From the NCBI GenBank assembly GCA_021613535.1, contig CP075493.1, positions 186,001-250,000 on the forward strand: a stretch of DNA of 64,000 bases, given 5' to 3'. How positions within the stretch are numbered: position 1 is the first letter of the stretch; the number at the start of each line of letters is the position of its first letter. The stretch is from Adineta vaga. Its lineage: Eukaryota; Animalia; Rotifera. Below the pieces are notes generated by a model, which made no database searches, had not been told where the DNA came from, and saw nothing but the letters and a program-made list of their open reading frames with translations. Positions 1 through 13,700 of the stretch are shown in pieces. Both the position numbers and the translations under genes were made by a program.

Positions 1-59
1 AAACTGAAAAGCACATATTTAACACTACATCCATATATAGACATTATGCATATGGGAAT

Positions 60-432
60 TCCGAAGTTAGCCAATTGTGACTTTCGCCAATTATTGGCGA
101 AATTCCATACAATATATTGGCGAATTTCTATAGGACATATTGGCGAGAGTCGAGTAAATTGTTATTCATTTAAATAGGACAATCGCAAACTGTGAGTGCA
201 TGGAAGTTATGTTTTACATTACATGCATGTATGAGAAGCTGCTTAGATAGAACGTCTGTCACCTCACCATTTATGAACAATAACTCTATCATTCTTTGAT
301 CACCAACTACTAGAAGTATTTATTGGCATAATTCCAATGGAAATTCGTCAATTGGCGAATGTCATGAGGGTGAATTGGCGAAAGTATAATGGATATTCGC
401 CAATTGGCGAATGGGCACTAGGACAATTCGTC
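60..432. repeat. Cluster of ATTGGCGAA/TTCGCCAAT motifs (likely TE subterminal repeats)
   Basis: Several copies of the motif in both orientations. Confidence 0.5.
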
Positions 433-1329
433 GCATATATATTATAATTAATTGACAAAGCTACATATGTAATTCAATTAATAGGATAACTACACTATCA
501 CAACAGTCGTGTTAGTAACACCAAGTGCAACCTAATATTCTAGTGGTATTGCGAACAAGAAGATACGGATTCACTTGAAAACTACATACAAAATGTTTCG
601 AAAGTACCAAAAAAGAAAACACAGAATATGAATAGTAAAAAAACTTATAAGAAAGTCTTAAGAGGAGAACGTTATTCAGTTAACTGTCAGACAAAAAATT
701 TATTTCGTTTGAAATGTTAGGTTGTATTTCAACGTTATGAATCAAACAGATTCAAGCAAACTTCTACTATAGAAAAACATTCTACAACTTAGCGAATGAT
801 TTTTATCATAGTTCATTTAGTGGATATTTCATTTTTTAGGATGTTTATTTTAGTTAGTGAAAATACAAAGATTTCTTTTATGAAATACACATTAGCTCAC
901 AACAGTGATCGCTATGTAAAATGAGTATTACCTCCAAATTGAGATTCTCGATAAAATACGGTTCAAGTTAGTACCGCTCCTTTACAGTATACATAATAAA
1001 TTATCAAGAATATCTATTCATAATTATGAAGCCTTAAAAATCCCTTATAGAATCCATCTTCCGTAAACAAAACAATCCAGGTACTGTTTTTTTCAGAAGT
1101 GTAAAGTTTTGAGTTGATTTCTGTTAAGTTTGTTTCGTTACGTATTGTACATTTTTTTAAAATTATTGTTTCTTTTTGCAACGTAATAACCCTTATACAA
1201 TGTTTATCTCGCTCTCTCTCTCTCTACCTTTATATTATGTTAATCTTGTTACAATTAACGAATTATACGACGAATCGTCCGACGACGAATTGTCTGCGAC
1301 GAATTGTCCAGTCACCGGCGAATGTCCCG

Positions 1330-2524
1330 CAGGGCTCGAAACGGGCCTCATTTTCGTGACCCGACCCGGCCCAAAATGGCCCGTGTGTTTTCTATGCCCG
1401 CCCGAGCTCAATAAAATTTGGCTCAGCCCGGACCGCCGTATTTATCATGCCCACCCGGCCCGGCCCGAGACCGAAGGATAGTTTATTATAAACATTTGCT
1501 CTTTTTATTAGGAGTAAAGGATTCTTTTAGTGATAAGCAATGTTTCCAAAAAGCAAATAGCTAGCATTATGATGTGTCCGGTGGACTTAAATTAAGTGAA
1601 TAAAACTCTACCACTAGAAAATTGTCTGAGTTAAACATGAGTGAACTTAATAAGATGGTATTTCAAAGCATATTTTGATGTGCTGGTCGTAATCAGACAT
1701 AACTCATTGTAATATGTCTCTGAATTTTTGGTAAAATAAGCCTGAACGAAGTGTATCATGTATGTAGATTATATCGTCTTACACTGTAATCGGTTAATGA
1801 AGTAGGACTCAATGAACATTTGTGCAGATGCATGATCAAAAAATGTGGATAACCATTTTTTATAGGTTAACTTTAGTCCACTATAGAAACGTATGATTTT
1901 TAGATCGCTTTGGCAATGAGCAGTAAAATTTTCTTATTGCATGCGGGCTACTTTCATAAATGAGCTAGCTTTTCATATTATTAAAGTACAAGTATTTTAG
2001 TGGAAACGTATAGAACTCATAAAACTTTCCGCTGTGTATCGTTCTATACACAGTAAATATATCTATTAGTTAAGATTAAAGTATAAGATAAACTGGCATG
2101 CGTTACTCCAAACATTGACGATGGTTTATTTGTATAGAATCTCATCTCTAAAAATATTACTATATTATTTAATTTGAATAATATATTATAGAAAGCAATA
2201 TGTAGATGACACACACTATCGGTTTCGAGAAAAAGCAAACATTAATATTGTTTTTGGTATTGAGACGCAGTTTTTGTCTATAGGATGCTTAAAAATACTC
2301 ACACCGGCACAAGAGATATGAAATAGCACAGAAAACCATAAAGACGTGAATAATACCTTCGGGTCGGGCAAGCCCAACAAAACGTCTGGCTCGCCCTGCC
2401 CAGAGGCTTTCGTAGACCGAGCAGGCCGGCCCGAAGTAAAAGTTTCGTTGGGCCGGGTCGGTCCTGGCTGGGCCGGGCCGCACCGAGCCGATCCACCGGT
2501 CCGAGCAGCCCATTTCGACCCCTG
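1330..2524. mobile_element. Non-autonomous hAT-like element with GGCCCG subterminal repeats
   Basis: TIRs CAGGGCTCGAAACGGGC / CAGGGGTCGAAATGGGC; clustered GCCCG motifs at both ends; no intact TSD. Confidence 0.6.
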
Positions 2525-2649
2525 GTAAATAGCTTGTGCAAAATACTTCAAATCCCATATGATGATAATATAAAAAGAAGTTTTTTATTTAAATATGGGT
2601 TAAATAGTGACGAAATGAAGGATTTTCGGCGGGTATAAGTTATCCCATA

Positions 2650-2962
2650 TTTCATAACGAATTTGCCCCACTCTGAATTTTATACCATTCAATAGAGGTT
2701 TTCATGGGGAACAAAACCACGTAGAATTCGTTTTAAGAAAACGCTGCCGGCATGCCCATAATTATATCCCTTTTGGAATATATGTTGAGGGTGTGGGTAT
2801 ATGTCTCTTGTATTCGCTCACCCACACCCACACGCACACCCACACCCTCAAGATGGCATCTTGGCAGCGTTTTCTTAAAACGAATTCTACGTGGTTTTGT
2901 TCCCCATGAAAATCTCTATTGAATGGTATAAAATTCAGAGTGGGGCAAATTCGTTGTGAAAT
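2650..2962. mobile_element. Foldback MITE carrying a small hairpin element (2785-2851) in its loop
   Basis: About 98-bp inverted arms (ACGAATTTGCCCCACTCTG...AAAACGCTGCC). Confidence 0.8.
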
Positions 2963-4172
2963 AAAATCAGGAAGTTTTGTTTAGATATTCATGAGCATTT
3001 ATATTATTCTTACTATATAAGATTTAGTCTTTGAGTGAGTGTATGTGTATGAGCATAGAAATATGTCAATCTTCCATAACAAATTAATTATAAAAGAATT
3101 TCATATAACTAAAAACTAAAAGAAATAATAATTTAGAAAAATTTATTTTGTGGATAGTTACTAAGAACAAAAATACGTAGAAGATCAAAATGAACTGCTC
3201 GGTTAATATTAATCAAAACATAAATTAATAAATATGTAATTAATCATTGACTAATAAACTCGCGGGTTTCGTTTGCAATCAGACTGCATTCATCTAACGA
3301 TTGGTGTTTACTGAGTATTTTCTATTTAGTTAAAATAAAACCATAAAACTCAGTATATGTCAAATGGGTGTTCATTTATTTTGTGATTTTACTTCAACTA
3401 AATCGTGTTGCGACGTATTTCTGTTATTGTTTCCTAAAAAATTCATGTGACTAAAACTGATTTATCAAAACATTCAACGCAGAAATAGTTTATATAAATT
3501 CAATCAATACTGGTTTCATTCGTTTCTTCCCTTCTTAAAACTTTTATAAGCTGATGGTTTCAGTGATTGTTGAATGAACCAAGACTAAAATTAGGAGAAA
3601 ATGATGAAAATCAGCTCCTGAAATCAGCAGATTTTCAATCAGGGAAAACACGGAATATAAGGAGGTTTGGCAATTCTGATTATTGTCTACCTGGCAAATA
3701 AGAATAACGAAAAAGAATGCAATCTCTATGTTCCACTACACAGTTCTTACTAATGAAGTAAGTGGTTATTCGAAACGAATAAGTACAAAATACGAAATAT
3801 AAGAAATCATTTTACTTGCAACAGGCACTAACGTTCAGACGTTTTTAGGTGAAAATGTGAACATCGAAATATTTTCTCCAGTCATTTCTAGGTCTCTGTC
3901 TAGGTAGTCACAGATTTAATATGCATACTACTTATGATCTGCAACAGTAATATTTCCATCTGCGAAACAGATGTTTCTGTTTATATTTTGAGCACATTTC
4001 TTCATATATCATCAAATGCATCGTGATATATAGTTATGTGAGAAAGATTTATGTGATTTTCAGATTGGATCTCGCACTAATGCATACAAGTTTCCAGATG
4101 TCCGAGGAGTATACAATTCTCATTCGTACTCGTCGGAATTAGTAAAAAGAAAAAAAAGAGAAATGTACGTAC

Positions 4173-4748
4173 GGATAATCGGATGGAATACGAGACACAA
4201 GTTTTGAAAGATCCAGAAACCGATGCTGCTCTTTCCAGTAATCAAAGCTGGCTGATCTGTCGAACTGACGCTCATACATAATGTAATCCAAATAGGTCAC
4301 AGCGTCGGATTTAGTAGGTAAATCGCCACTTTTGTATGCTTCGGCTAAGTCCTTCAGAAAGTATTGCTGAGACGTACCGTCAATAGCCTCGTGTCGTACC
4401 GTGATGATAATGATATCGTCAACTTGCAGAATATCACTAGTGTCATCATCTTGTTGCACTTTGTTGCTATGTTTCGTATGACGACGAACAATGTGGAGAC
4501 GAACGCGTCTCATCCCCTCCATGGTGAAAAGATTTGGTGCTCTTTCTTGAAGAATAAGATCGTTGAGTACATCGGCATGACTGCCATACGGAATTTCACT
4601 TTCAACGAACGTAAATCCTTCGTCGGTTAACTCTTCAATCTGTTGATACCATTCATTTGTAGTCGGATCCATGTGAAACGATGTACGTAAAACTGTTTGT
4701 TTTGCTATCAGTTGCTGCATGGCCCGGCGCAAACGTTTTATTGAAACA
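4173..4748 (-). CDS. NRPS exon 7 (N-lobe of condensation domain)
   Basis: SIKRLRRAMQQLIAKQTVLRTSF, TVRHEAIDGTS, TYLDY, DYWKEQ, IPSDYP. Acceptor GTCAG|T and donor CC|GTACGT. Confidence 0.88.
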
Positions 4749-7700
4749 CTGACACAAAAACAGACAAAAATTATCCTATATTCACAAGATCTCATGCTTA
4801 TCGGATAATGAAACGTAATGAATTATCTAAGAAACAATAGCGTAAGTGCGACACGTTCGTGCCTCTTTCACGAGAAAGTTTTCTATTAGAGCAAGTGTCT
4901 TAGTATTTTTATGGGTGGATTTCATACTTGAAAGTCGACCTCCTGCAGATCTAGCTGAGAAAGTTGTGTTAAATATTTTAATTCTTTCGACTTACCAGCC
5001 ATGACTAATCGCGTATGTGAATGGCATATTGGCGAATTCCCATGTGACCGATGAGTCAGAGTCATGGTCAGAGATAGAAGCTGCTTGCGGTACTGACAGA
5101 GGACCTAAAAAGTTAAATCAAGTACTATAATGCGAACGATGTTGCTGGTCAATTCAGATTAATCTTTAATAATACGAATCCGTGATAACAGGACCAATTT
5201 TTCTATTTTGTACTCTTTTTATTCAATGATAAAAACTGCCGGACAGTATCTCGAAGACATAGAAATGCTAAAATACGTAGCAAGAGAGTACGCATGTATC
5301 GGTCACCGAACATAGTCTTCGACCAAAACTAAAATGTTTGACTTGACATTTCCATCTTAATCAGCGTCTTCAAAAATCTCTGAATCCAAATTTTTAGCGT
5401 TTTCAGTACGGAGAGTGAAACGTTAGGATATCCAGTTTACTAAGTACTCTTCAGTGTCTCCGAGAAAAAAAGACAAAACTGTCTTTTAAAAATTGAGTTC
5501 TTTAGTTTGCAGGTAGAATTAGCATTTTTTTGTTATATACCAAAATATAGACCATTAAAAACTGAACAAAATGCAATATTAATATATTATATTTCACATA
5601 CTGTCCAGTGCCAATCGCTTTTGGCCATGTAAATGGTAGTTTTTGGAAGTTTATCGCTTGTCATCGATTCACTTTGATAGATCTCAGGCTTATTTTCACA
5701 TATGTTGCACAACTTGTTGTTCTCTACAAAATAGTTAAAAAAAGCTACCTCTCGGCATAAAAATTGACGTATACTATGGACCAGTCGATAAATTCGAATC
5801 TGGAAGAGGAAGAGGATGTTTCTTCGTACACTTTCATGGAAATGTTTGCCTGCTAAGAACTGGAGTTCAACCCTATATACAATGAGTATAGAGGATCATT
5901 CGATAATAAAGAAAGGTTTTCGAGTAATTTCATCCCTGAGGGAAGTACAGAGATTCCAAAATAAATTTCGACATAGCAGCCTAATTGTTATCAGAGTTGA
6001 GGGGCCTTTAGGTTGTGATTGTAAAAATATAATATGAATTCAAGAGTTATCAAAACCATATGGAACACTGAGAACATTTCGGTACACGCGTATGGAGCTA
6101 TATGAGAGCCGCAGCAAACGTTTCAAATAACTCCTGAATTCATATTATATTTTTACAATCACAACCTAAAGGCCCCTCAACTCTGATAACAATTAGGCTG
6201 CTATGTCGAAATTTATTTTGGAATCTCTGTACTTCCCTCAGGGATGAAATTACTCGAAAACCTTTCTTTATTATCGAATGATCCTCTATACTCATTGTAT
6301 ATAGGGTTGAACTCCAGTTCTTAGCAGGCAAACATTTCCATGAAAGTGTACGAAGAAACATCCTCTTCCTCTTCCAGATTCGAATTTATCGACTGGTCCA
6401 TAGTATACGTCAATTTTTATGCCGAGAGGTAGCTTTTTTTAACTATTTTGTAGAGAACAACAAGTTGTGCAACATATGTGAAAATAAGCCTGAGATCTAT
6501 CAAAGTGAATCGATGACAAGCGATAAACTTCCAAAAACTACCATTTACATGGCCAAAAGCGATTGGCACTGGACAGTATGTGAAATATAATATACTAGCG
6601 GAGATACCCGCTGCAAAAACGACACAATTTACGTTTTTTATCTACAGCAGTGCTTTTCTTATCACCCACAGGACCTCCTTGTTCGTATTTATCCGTCGTG
6701 TATCAGAAAATCCTCACACCCTCCTTTTCCGCCCTGACTTAGTTAGTGTAATCTTTCAGGTCGTCACTCAGCGTATGTTACCTGTCTTCCACACGTGTTT
6801 GTCCTCCGTACTGAGATCCTTCCTATATCCCTTTTCGCGTCATGCACCAGGTCTTTTTTCAGAACTTCGCATCTCTTCATTAGTTCTTTCCTACAGATTT
6901 TGTCTGGCTTTGTATACGATATACAGCTCTGTTCCTTTTAAATCCACTCCTACTGTCCCGCTGCAACCCCAGTCCCATTCTACACCCCGTCTCGACCTTC
7001 CTCTAGATTGAGGGAAGCATTGTGGAAAGTTTGGTGACGTTAGCTATTACAGGGAACGTACGCATAACGAACAAACTTTCTTCTTTATATATATATAGAA
7101 GATTATATAGATAGATAGATACATATCGATTAAAGAACCTTTAGTTGTCACATTTATTGCAAGAAATAAATAGTATTAAATAAAAAAACCTCAAAACTGG
7201 AGCACATTCTGTAAGTTTCTACCAAAATAACGACAATTGAAATTCAATACGACTTGGGTGAAATTTCACCCAGACACCGATTCCCATCCTCAAATCAATT
7301 TATTTTGAAACGGAACATGTAAATTATCGTAGATGTGCGGTCAGACGGTCTACGGCCGCCTTCGCTATCAATTATTTAAAGTTTTTGAGATGCTGCAATC
7401 CTATTGGTCAGTTTCATAGATTGCCTGTAGGAAGCGTAGAATTCATTTTTTCGGAACAAAGTAAATGTCGACCTTCCCGTGGGCCTAGAGAAGCATTGTG
7501 GAAAGTTTGGGAATGTTAGCTATGATTGAACTGCCTGGGTGAAATTTCACCCACGCTCCCCACCCTCACCCCCCAATGACCATTCCAACCCCATGTCGAC
7601 CTTTCCTGGGACCTAAGGAAGCATCGTAGAAAGTTTGGTGATCGTGGCTATTACAGCGACTGAATGCATAGCGAACAGACAGACAGACAGACAGACAACC

Positions 7701-10700
7701 TTTCTTCTTTATATATATAGATAGATTAATATTGCATTTTGTTCAGTTTTTAATGGTCTATATTTTGGTATATAACAAAAAAATGCTAATTCTACTTGCA
7801 AACTAAAGAACTCAATTTTTAAAAGACAGTTTTGTCTTTTTTTCTCGGAGACACTGAAGAGTACTTAGTAAACTGGATATCCTAACGTTTCACCCTCCGT
7901 ACTGAAAACGCTAAAAATTTGGATTCAGAGATTCTTGAAGACGCTGATTAAGATGGAAGTATCAAATGTGTTAGATCCTTAATACGTTGTTGTATATCTA
8001 TATGTTTATTTGGGAAACGTTAGCTATACTGTTTCACAAACAACTATCTTTCCCCTAAACGCCCACACATGTTATAATCAATTAATCATTGTATGTATGT
8101 TTACATTAGGTATTTAAACCAGCGTTCGCACATGGATTGGATATTCCTAAATAGATCAAAAGATCGTTGGAAAACTACGTGAATCCGCACATAAAAAAGA
8201 AAGCGAAAAAGCGAATAAGCGAAGAGAACACAAAATGTAAAATATCTGACAACACGAAAGAAAAGAAATAAGTATGCACTACTATATATCGGCATGATCA
8301 GCCAGGTCCACTGGAAAAAAAGGAGTTTTAGCGAACCTGTATCCAGGGGAAGATCCTTCGAGGTTTAGTATCGATTTGCCAAACTAAAAAAAGATCGGTG
8401 AACATTCAACGGAACGTTTTTTGGTTTAGTAAATCGCTTCGAAACCTCAAAGGATCTTTCCCTGGTTACAGGTTCGGTAAAACTCCTTTTTTTAGAGTGT
8501 CTGCTACTGGAAGAAATTCCGTAACGTTTTTTACGATTTTTGTTGTTGGAATTAGTATCTCACAGGATTAATAAAAGAGTCTTGATGTTGCTTAGATAAA
8601 AGAAGGATGTCCCTCTTACATTATAAGATGTATCCTACATTTGTGCCATTTTTTGTCTCCAAGTATCAACTGCCAAAAATTGTGACTTTGGAAATCTAGA
8701 GAAAATGACGTTTTTCTAAAAGCAGCACTTTTTCGGTAGTTGGAACTTGGGAATAACAAATGGCACGGACGTAGGATATATATTATAATGTAGCAGGGAC
8801 ATCCTGCTTTTGTCCAAGCAATGTCAAGACTCTTTGATTTATCTGGTGCGGTACTTATTCCAACAACAAAAATCGAAAAAAACGTTACGGAATTTCTTCC
8901 GGTAGGAGAGGCCAGGCTGGTCATGCTGATATGTAAAGAAAGAAAGAAAGAAAGAGAACGAACACATATGGAATATTCCTTTACTTCTATCTTATGGTGC
9001 ACCTTATTCACGCGGCCTAGAAAAACCAAAAATTAAAGTTTTGATTAGTGTTATGATATCTGTCCTGACCACCGATGATCTTATGGGCGGTCTCTTAAGC
9101 GGTCATCTATGAAGCAATGTTTTAGTTGATTTGATACACCACTCACTTTTTACATTCCAATGGGTTTGTCAGAAATAAGGCATACATGTCATAGTAGAAA
9201 GTTGAATTCAACTATTCAATAAAATTTGTTCATCAGAAGATATCATATTGTTTAATAGTTAGTAATATTATTTCATACATTTTGAACGTGACTATCTTAT
9301 ACTTCATGTCACGAATCGCTTATTGTGAAATTAGGTAAGATAGGCGGAAGAAATTATGTTATTTATTAATGATTATACATACAACTAAAATTTCAAATTT
9401 GTTGTCAATTGAAAAAAATATTTCATCAAAGCAACATAAGTTTCGATAATTTCGAGTCGCTTGACTCATTCTGGGAAAACTCATATCCTCGAAAACATTT
9501 CCTTTCATTTCAGCGTCGCGAACCATGTGCGTCTCACAGTACACAGTGAGTGACTTGACGAACCGTATATCTTTAAAGTGAAGGAATCGAGGTGCATATT
9601 TTCGGGATGTTAACGATGGACAGGGTGGAGTAGATAAATGGCACTGCATTGGTGCTATTAAATCGGTTGTGAAGGTTTTTACGGTTAGTATGTCTCGAAC
9701 GGTGGAAATGAAATGTTATTTTTTGTTTATAGAAGTTTAAGAATTGAAACTTGATTTGAAAATTTGGATGCAAAAAGTTCGCTCGGTTTTTCCATTTGAA
9801 ATTTGGGGAGAAACATTTGGATGTAAAAATTTCTTTTTGGTATTCTATTTGCAAGTTGAATTGGAAGGTTTTAATTGCATTAAACAATTTTAAATTCGAT
9901 ACTATTTCTAAGTTCAGGGAGGAAAAATTGTATCTAAATTATGTTTAGATTTTTTATGTATTTGATAACCAAACTGAACAAAATGGAAGAATACTGTATT
10001 CATTTTGAAAGTTTTTCTGGGTGAGGATTCGTTTTTGTTTGAATTAATCAAATTGATGATTGACATTTCAACTATATACTATCATTGGGAAAAGTGTTGG
10101 GGTGATTTAACTGAATGTAGACTTGATCATGAAAAATATTTTTAATATCGAATGGAATAGTTTTAATTGAATTAGAACTGGAAGTGGTTTGTTGACATGT
10201 TGCACATAAGGGTGTTACTTTGTCTTTACTTTATTTTTCAGATTAAAGATTTTTTTATCGTATCCTTTTTCAAAATAAAAATTTTTCGTTACTTTATTCT
10301 TTATTATAAAGTAAAATTAAAATGAAGTAACATCCCTTGTTGCACATGTATCGATTGATCTTAAATAAAATATTTATTGATATTTGACATCGATGTTGAA
10401 TAGTTGAATAGTTGAATACTCGAATAGTTGAGTACTCGAATATTCGAATAGTTTAATTAATAGTTAAATATTTGAATTCAACTTTCGAGTTTGACACTAC
10501 TGCTATTATAAGGGAGATATATAAGCTAACATTCTAGTAATTTTGTTTTTTCCAGTGCAAAAATAACGCTCGACATATAATACATGTACATGAGTTGTTT
10601 TTGCGTTTCATTTTTCTATTACTTCCTACGTCTTACTAAGAAAACAAAATATACCACAAGATGCAGCGTAAAAAGCTCTACAATCTACGCAGCAAATCGC

Positions 10701-13700
10701 ATTGTAATCATGTACTTTATGTTTAAAAAAAAGCAAAATTCTATACGATTAATTTTGCCATTGCAAAAAAACTGATCGTGCAAAGTCTTGCTTTTCTTGA
10801 AAACAAAAAGCTTACATTATAAATAAGCTTTTCTTTGCAAAATTGTAGAACTTTTGACGCCTTCTCTTATGATAAATTTTATTTTCTTCTCATATAGAAG
10901 GAAGATGAAACGCAAGAGTGGCTCATTCTTTATGCGCCAGTCATTATTTTTGAACTAGAAAAAATAAAATTCCTAGAATGTTAGCTTATATATCTCCCTT
11001 ATAACGGGAGATAGAGACATGCAACTTTGGAGTCATATTTGCCTACTTACAAGGGCGAAGATACCTAAGTTTGAGCATGTTTGAGTTTACTATAAGGAAG
11101 AACGAGCAGTTTTTCTAACAACGACTAAGACTTTTGGTTCACCCTTTATTTGATCATATCTTGAAAAATCATGTACACTAAGTGATTTTGTCTGGAAACC
11201 GGCAAGAGATATAACTAATTGTTGAGCTAAATTCAACCTGGAGTTCAGAAAATATTGATATAACTGAAGCAACAAACTCTTCAATTTACTAAATTATTCA
11301 GCAACATCAAAAAAAAATCTTTTTATGATAAAGATTAGATACAGGCTGTTGATTTGAAGTCTACATTCCACAGGGTTTAAGTTGGTATAATATCTGTTTT
11401 TAACTGTTTCATGGTGCAAGAGAACCAAGTTTCTATGAAATGGTTCTTATAGGGATCATGTTGGGCTAGACTGAATGCTGCCAAGCGGGTCCACAAATTG
11501 TGGATAGTGGATCGGTCATTAGTATAATGATTAGCTGCGAATAAGAATAAGCAACTGTTCAAATAAAGAATCCTGGACAATTCAGCATCTTACCAGCAGA
11601 ATGTAGTGAAGTTTTGTATGGCATCAAAACACCTATGAACTGCTACAGAAACCCAAAGACAACAAGGTGACAACGCGAATATGGGCTACCAGAAAGAAAG
11701 TTCCCTCGAACTAAGTTCCATAAGCCTTAACCAGAATAGGTGAGGCTCGTTAACCTTCATTGGCAGTTCATGACATGGAGTAAACCATTTCAGTTAAAGG
11801 GAAGGCAGGGGAAACTCCCGCTGTATATTCTCAAGCACAATATGATTAACATCAAGATTTCCAATCAAGACAACAGCATGAATGGAGTTCTCAGAGAGAA
11901 TATCTCGCTCGGTAGAGATGGTCATGTACGACAGGTGACCTTCGATCGTCAACAGGCTACTGTCCGAACCAAGAACTCACTCAAAATTGGAACCTGGAAT
12001 GTAAGAACTATGTTTCAAAAAGGAACATTGGAGAACTTAAAGAAAGAAATGCAAAGACTGGAGGTCAATGTGTTAGGCCTATGTGTAGTCAGATGGCTGG
12101 GGCTGGATCTTTCATAACGGATAATTTTACTTTATTCTACATTGGAGGAGATCAGCACGAGAGAGGAGTAGGTATATACCTCTCCCCAGATTAAAAGACC
12201 CCTGGTCTTCTAATATGACCCCGCAAAGTTTTGAAATTTTTGGTCTTTTTTGCTGGGAAAAACACAAAATTACTAGGAAAAATATGTCGAAAGGGGTCTT
12301 CTAATATGGGAGGGTCTTTTAATATGGGGAGGGGTTTAGCTCTTGACAAAGAAATCTTCAGGTGTTTGAAAGGCTTCCATACGGTTTCAGACAGAGTTCT
12401 TCTTGTAAAACTCTACGGCAAACCTTTTAACATCTCATTAATTCAATGTTACGCACCGACGGCTAATTATGATGATGATGGCATCACGAGTTTTTATGAA
12501 TATCTAGACAAAGCCTGCAAACAGTGCAACTCAGATGACATCATCTACGTAATGGGCGACTTCAATGAAAAAGTGGGAGATAAAAAAATTGGCAATACAG
12601 TAGGACCTTTTGGTTTAGGAAACGAAAATGATAGAGGAGATAATCTGATAACCTGGTGCCAATGACATAATCTCGTCATCACAAATACATGATTCAAAAT
12701 TCATCCCCGTAGGCTATAGACATGGCGAAGCCCAGGAGGTCGGGTCAGAAATCAAATCGATTATATTATGGTCCATCATCGATACAGGAATTCAATTCTC
12801 TCTTATAAAACATTTGCTGAAGCGGACTGTGGTAGCGATCGTGTCCCAGTTGTCAGTGAAGTTTGAGTAAAATTAAAAAGAATAAAGCAGCCACAGAAAA
12901 ACAAAAAGCTTCAAGTTCACATTCTGAAAACTGATTCAGACTTGAAAGAAAAATTCAGTATCAAAGTACAGAATCGTTTTGAAGCACTAGATGAAGTTAC
13001 AAAGACTGAAGTATAGTGGGAACAGATGAAATCATCCATATTAGCATCTGCTGAAGAAATAATTCCTAAAGCTCAAATAAACAAAAAGAGAAGATGGATG
13101 ACTGACGACATTCTACAACTAATGGAACAAAGATGACTCAAGAAGGCAAACCTACATGAATACAAGTTGTTAGACAAAGAAATCAAAAAGAAATGGTCAG
13201 TACCAAACGAGAAATAGCTGAACGAACAACGTTCAGAAATTGAAAAAAGGTTGAGTGTAAACACTAAATTCGCTCATGAAAAGATCAATGAAATCACGGA
13301 GAAAGCAAGATGTACCAATTAAAGCTGTATTAAATCGAAAAAGGTGACATTCTGGATAGATGGTCAGAATATATAGAAGAACTCTTCGATGATAATAGAG
13401 CTTTTAAACCTAACATAAAGAAAAACATGGAAGGACCATCAATAATGAAAGACGAGGTGAGACAAACTATGAAGTCAATGAAAGCAAACAAAGTAACAGG
13501 TCCTGATGGAATATCCGTCGAAACGATTGAATGTCTCAACGAACTAGGTGTTGATGTCATGACAAAACTTATAAACAAAATATATGACACAGGTGAAATT
13601 CTAGAAGATCTAACTAAATCTATATTCGTAGCTCTTCCTAAAAAGCCAGAAGCTACCGAATGTGAACTCCATCGCACAATCAGTCTCATGAGTCATATGA

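Noticed and set aside
1114-2558. GC-rich overlapping ORFs at 1114-1481 and 2216-2558
   Set aside because: They arise from GGCCCG subterminal repeats of a hAT-like element.
3540-3700. Candidate further NRPS exon after a strong acceptor (TTATTTGCCAG, about 3681, minus strand)
   Set aside because: In the required phase it gives an immediate stop, and the phase-0 reading does not resemble a C domain.
5816-6361. Two identical 73-aa ORFs on opposite strands
   Set aside because: Mirror images created by the foldback arms; no protein motif.
6580-7011. 143-aa ORF
   Set aside because: It lies inside the non-autonomous Helitron, starts at GTG and has no recognisable domain.
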